Shown in pieces: positions 61,436 through 64,000 of a DNA stretch of 64,000 bases. A program made the position numbers and the translations under genes. Source of the DNA: an uncultured Bacteroidales bacterium (GTDB lineage: Bacteria; Bacteroidota; Bacteroidia; Bacteroidales; WCHB1-69). The stretch covers positions 14,492-78,491 of the forward strand of contig CAJOFJ010000009.1 in assembly GCA_905233625.1 (NCBI GenBank), in the 5' to 3' direction. Position 1 is the first letter of the stretch, and each line of letters starts with the position of its first letter. Below the pieces are notes generated by a model. The model had not been told where the DNA came from. It saw nothing but the letters and a program-made list of their open reading frames with translations, and searched no databases.

Positions 61436-63859
61436 GTGATAAATAGAGAAAACAAGAACAATATGGAGTATTATCAATCAAAAGAGATGAATATTAATCA
61501 AGTCCTGAAAGTAAATTTCGGGTATGATTCATTCCGACCAATGCAGGAAGACATAATACTCCATACTATTAATGGCGGAGATTCCCTGGTCTTGATGCCG
61601 ACGGGTGGCGGGAAGTCATTGTGTTTTCAGATGGCAGCCTTACTAATGGACGGAATGGCGGTTGTTGTTTCACCGCTGATCTCTTTGATGAAAGATCAAG
61701 TGGGCAGTTTGAAGGCAAATGGCATTGCAGCAGAAGCCTTGAACAGTAGCAATGATGAGGACTTGAATCGTGACATCATCAATCGCTGCATTACAAGGGA
61801 AATTAAACTTCTTTATATTTCTCCAGAACGTCTTGTCAGTGGCATGCTTCATATACTTCAACAAGCGAATGTCTCTCTATTTGCGATAGATGAAGCTCAT
61901 TGTATTTCCAGTTGGGGACATGATTTTCGACCAGAATACACTCAGTTGGGGCAATTACGGGATTTATTCCCTGGGGTCCCCATCATGGCGCTTACAGCTA
62001 CTGCCGACAAGATAACGAAACAAGATATTCTAAAACAGCTGCATATAGAACAAGGGAAAATTTTTGTTGGTTCGTTTGACCGCCCGAACTTGAGCCTTGA
62101 CGTGAAACGAGGTTATTCGGCTCGTGAGAAACTGCGCTCTATTATTGACCTTATTAGAAGGCACCCGCTGGAAAGCGGTATCATATACTGTTTGGCAAGG
62201 AAAACTACGGAAGAGTTGGCCGAGAAACTCAAGAAAGAAGGAATTGCTGCCGCTGCGTATCATGCTGGATTACCTAATTATGAACGAAACCAAGTGCAGG
62301 ATGATTTTGTGGCTGACAGGTTACAAGTAATATGTGCAACCATTGCATTTGGTATGGGGGTCGACAAGAGTAATGTGCGTTTTGTGGTGCATTACAATCT
62401 GCCCAAAAGCATTGAGAGTTTTTTTCAAGAAATTGGACGCGGAGGACGCGATGGGCTGCCCTGTGAAACCATCCTCTATTACAATTTAGGAGACATCATC
62501 ACCCTGCGAAAGTTTGCCGATGAAAGCGGGCAGCAAGGAATAAACCTGGAAAAACTTCAGCGGATGCAGGAGTATGCAGAGGCGCAGGTTTGTCGTCGAC
62601 GAATTTTGTTGAACTATTTTGGTGAGACCAGCGATAAGAATTGTGATAATTGTGATGTGTGCCATATGCCCTCACAATTATTTGATGGCACTACAATTGT
62701 GCAAAAAGCTATGTCTGCTATTTCTAGAACAGGGGAAAATGTCGGTTTCACCACAACTATCGATATCTTACGTGGCAGTATGTCTTCCGATGTTATAGCA
62801 CAGGGGTACAATCAGTTAAGAACCTTTGGCGCTGGGAGGGATATTTCCTATCGTGATTGGCACGACTATCTGCTGCAGATGTTGCAGATGGGATTTATCG
62901 AGATTGCCTATAACGAAGATCGCCATATCCACATTACAGATATGGGCAAAGATATTCTTTATGGCAAGCGCACTGTGCAATTGGCTGTGATCAATCGTGA
63001 GGATTTTAGCGTGAAGGCTCGGAAAAAGATGCTTAAAGAAGAGTTTGCTAGGCAGGAATCAGCGATGCGAAAAGATGAAAATGTCGAGCTTTTCAACAAA
63101 TTGAAAGAAATCCGTAAACGAATAGCTGATGAACATCAATGGCCAGCTTATATAGTTTTGTCTGACCGTTCGCTTCATCATCTTTCCACCGAACGTCCGA
63201 TCACTTTGGAAGCTTTTGGAAACATTTTTGGTGTTGGAGAACACAAACGAGATGCATTTGGTAAAGAGTTCATTGAGGTGATAAAAGAATATGTATCCCC
63301 AGAGGTCGAATCTCCGTTTTCATCAGAAACTTCTATTCCCGATTATAGTGTTAAGAATTCAATATCCTATATGGACCAGCAGAAACTGCTTCACTCCAAA
63401 GCCTATACTCCATGGGAAGACAATGATGATAATCAGCTAAGACACTATGTTCAGGATGGTTTTTCCGTCGACGAAATTTCATCTTTGATGGGAAGAAATA
63501 ATGGAGCCATACGATCTCGCATCAAAAAACTAGAACTCCAAATAAAAACTAAGAAGTGTCAATCCGAAGAGGACTGGTTTGGAGAATACGAAAAAGAATT
63601 GTATGATCTCCAAACAGAGAAAGCCAATATTGAAGAAAAAATAGGGATTGTCCGAGACAAAATATTGAAGCAAATGGAAGAGCGGGGCGTGGATAAAATA
63701 GAAACAGCCAAGTTTAGCATCAACTATTATCCCCCGAGAACTATCATGCAGTTCGACAGCAAAGCCTTCAAGGAAGAACATGAGGATATGTATTCCGAGT
63801 ATTGTACACTGAAAGAAAAAGAAGCTTCGATTGTGGTGAGGCGGAATAAAGAGGATTAA
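61436..63859 (+). CDS. recQ: ATP-dependent DNA helicase RecQ with a ~200-aa C-terminal extension beyond the HRDC domain
   Basis: FGYDSFRPMQ, MPTGGGKS, DEAHC, zinc-binding CRR…CDNCDVC, RQC and HRDC (WPAYIVLSDRSL…GVGE.K) motifs. The start could be an internal Met at 61463 or 61487. Confidence 0.9.
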   Translation: MINRENKNNMEYYQSKEMNINQVLKVNFGYDSFRPMQEDIILHTINGGDSLVLMPTGGGKSLCFQMAALLMDGMAVVVSPLISLMKDQVGSLKANGIAAEALNSSNDEDLNRDIINRCITREIKLLYISPERLVSGMLHILQQANVSLFAIDEAHCISSWGHDFRPEYTQLGQLRDLFPGVPIMALTATADKITKQDILKQLHIEQGKIFVGSFDRPNLSLDVKRGYSAREKLRSIIDLIRRHPLESGIIYCLARKTTEELAEKLKKEGIAAAAYHAGLPNYERNQVQDDFVADRLQVICATIAFGMGVDKSNVRFVVHYNLPKSIESFFQEIGRGGRDGLPCETILYYNLGDIITLRKFADESGQQGINLEKLQRMQEYAEAQVCRRRILLNYFGETSDKNCDNCDVCHMPSQLFDGTTIVQKAMSAISRTGENVGFTTTIDILRGSMSSDVIAQGYNQLRTFGAGRDISYRDWHDYLLQMLQMGFIEIAYNEDRHIHITDMGKDILYGKRTVQLAVINREDFSVKARKKMLKEEFARQESAMRKDENVELFNKLKEIRKRIADEHQWPAYIVLSDRSLHHLSTERPITLEAFGNIFGVGEHKRDAFGKEFIEVIKEYVSPEVESPFSSETSIPDYSVKNSISYMDQQKLLHSKAYTPWEDNDDNQLRHYVQDGFSVDEISSLMGRNNGAIRSRIKKLELQIKTKKCQSEEDWFGEYEKELYDLQTEKANIEEKIGIVRDKILKQMEERGVDKIETAKFSINYYPPRTIMQFDSKAFKEEHEDMYSEYCTLKEKEASIVVRRNKED

Positions 63860-63890
63860 AATTGATATAGAAAACACATTTTACGACAAT

Positions 63891-64000
63891 ATGGCCATAC
63901 CCAGTTTTTTCATAATAGTAAAAGGACAACCCAAAGCACTTTTGATTGAGAAGATGGAGTTGGATGAACGTGGTGTGTATGCTATAAAATACAAGAACAG
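63891..64000 (+). CDS. Partial ORF running off the right edge (MAIPSFFIIVKGQPKALLIEKMELDERGVYAIKYKN…)
   Basis: ATG at 63891, open to position 64000, 31 nt after the recQ stop. Not in the track because it has no stop. Confidence 0.3.
   Translation, partial: MAIPSFFIIVKGQPKALLIEKMELDERGVYAIKYKN

Overview
The window looks like a Bacteroidota (Bacteroidales-type) chromosome segment. Evidence: T9SS C-terminal sorting domains, TAnnTTTG -7 promoter boxes in front of most genes, FISUMP and DUF3078 proteins, a GlnRS, and an rpsF-rpsR-rplI operon. Most of it is housekeeping: a minus-strand dcw cluster (mraZ-rsmH-ftsL-ftsI-murE-mraY-murD*-ftsW), topA, nadB, glnS, uvrC, recG, recQ, engB, prmC, azlCD, an ADP-forming acyl-CoA synthetase, a phosphoglucomutase, a glycine-lipid-type acyltransferase pair, moxR/DUF58 and a sialidase. 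Five things stand out. (1) The largest ORF, minus strand 4671 to 1 (>=1557 codons, secreted beta-helix / Listeria-Bacteroides-repeat protein), is missing from the supplied track because it has no stop inside the window. (2) Nearly every intergenic region is filled with a small vocabulary of tandem heptamer or octamer words that carry stop codons, GGGGAGNC-spaced mini-hairpin bricks and UUCG/GAAG-loop hairpins, often arranged as long inverted repeats, even inside operons. (3) Several core genes look damaged or diverged: rplI has an in-frame TAA plus a 7-codon deletion, murD is reduced to a divergent C-terminal domain, ftsW lacks the RW...QPSE motif, and the dcw cluster stops after ftsW. (4) A 4.4-kb T9SS-cargo gene is bracketed by a 32-bp direct repeat of the ftsW 3' end and by 22-bp inverted repeats. 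(5) An ORF-poor locus at 29.35-30.01 kb has back-to-back divergent promoters, a canonical terminator, a G-quadruplex-type TTAGGGG array and a 128-nt near-perfect nested hairpin. I found no CRISPR array, integrase, transposase or recognisable defence system. All family assignments come from reading motifs by eye, not from searches.
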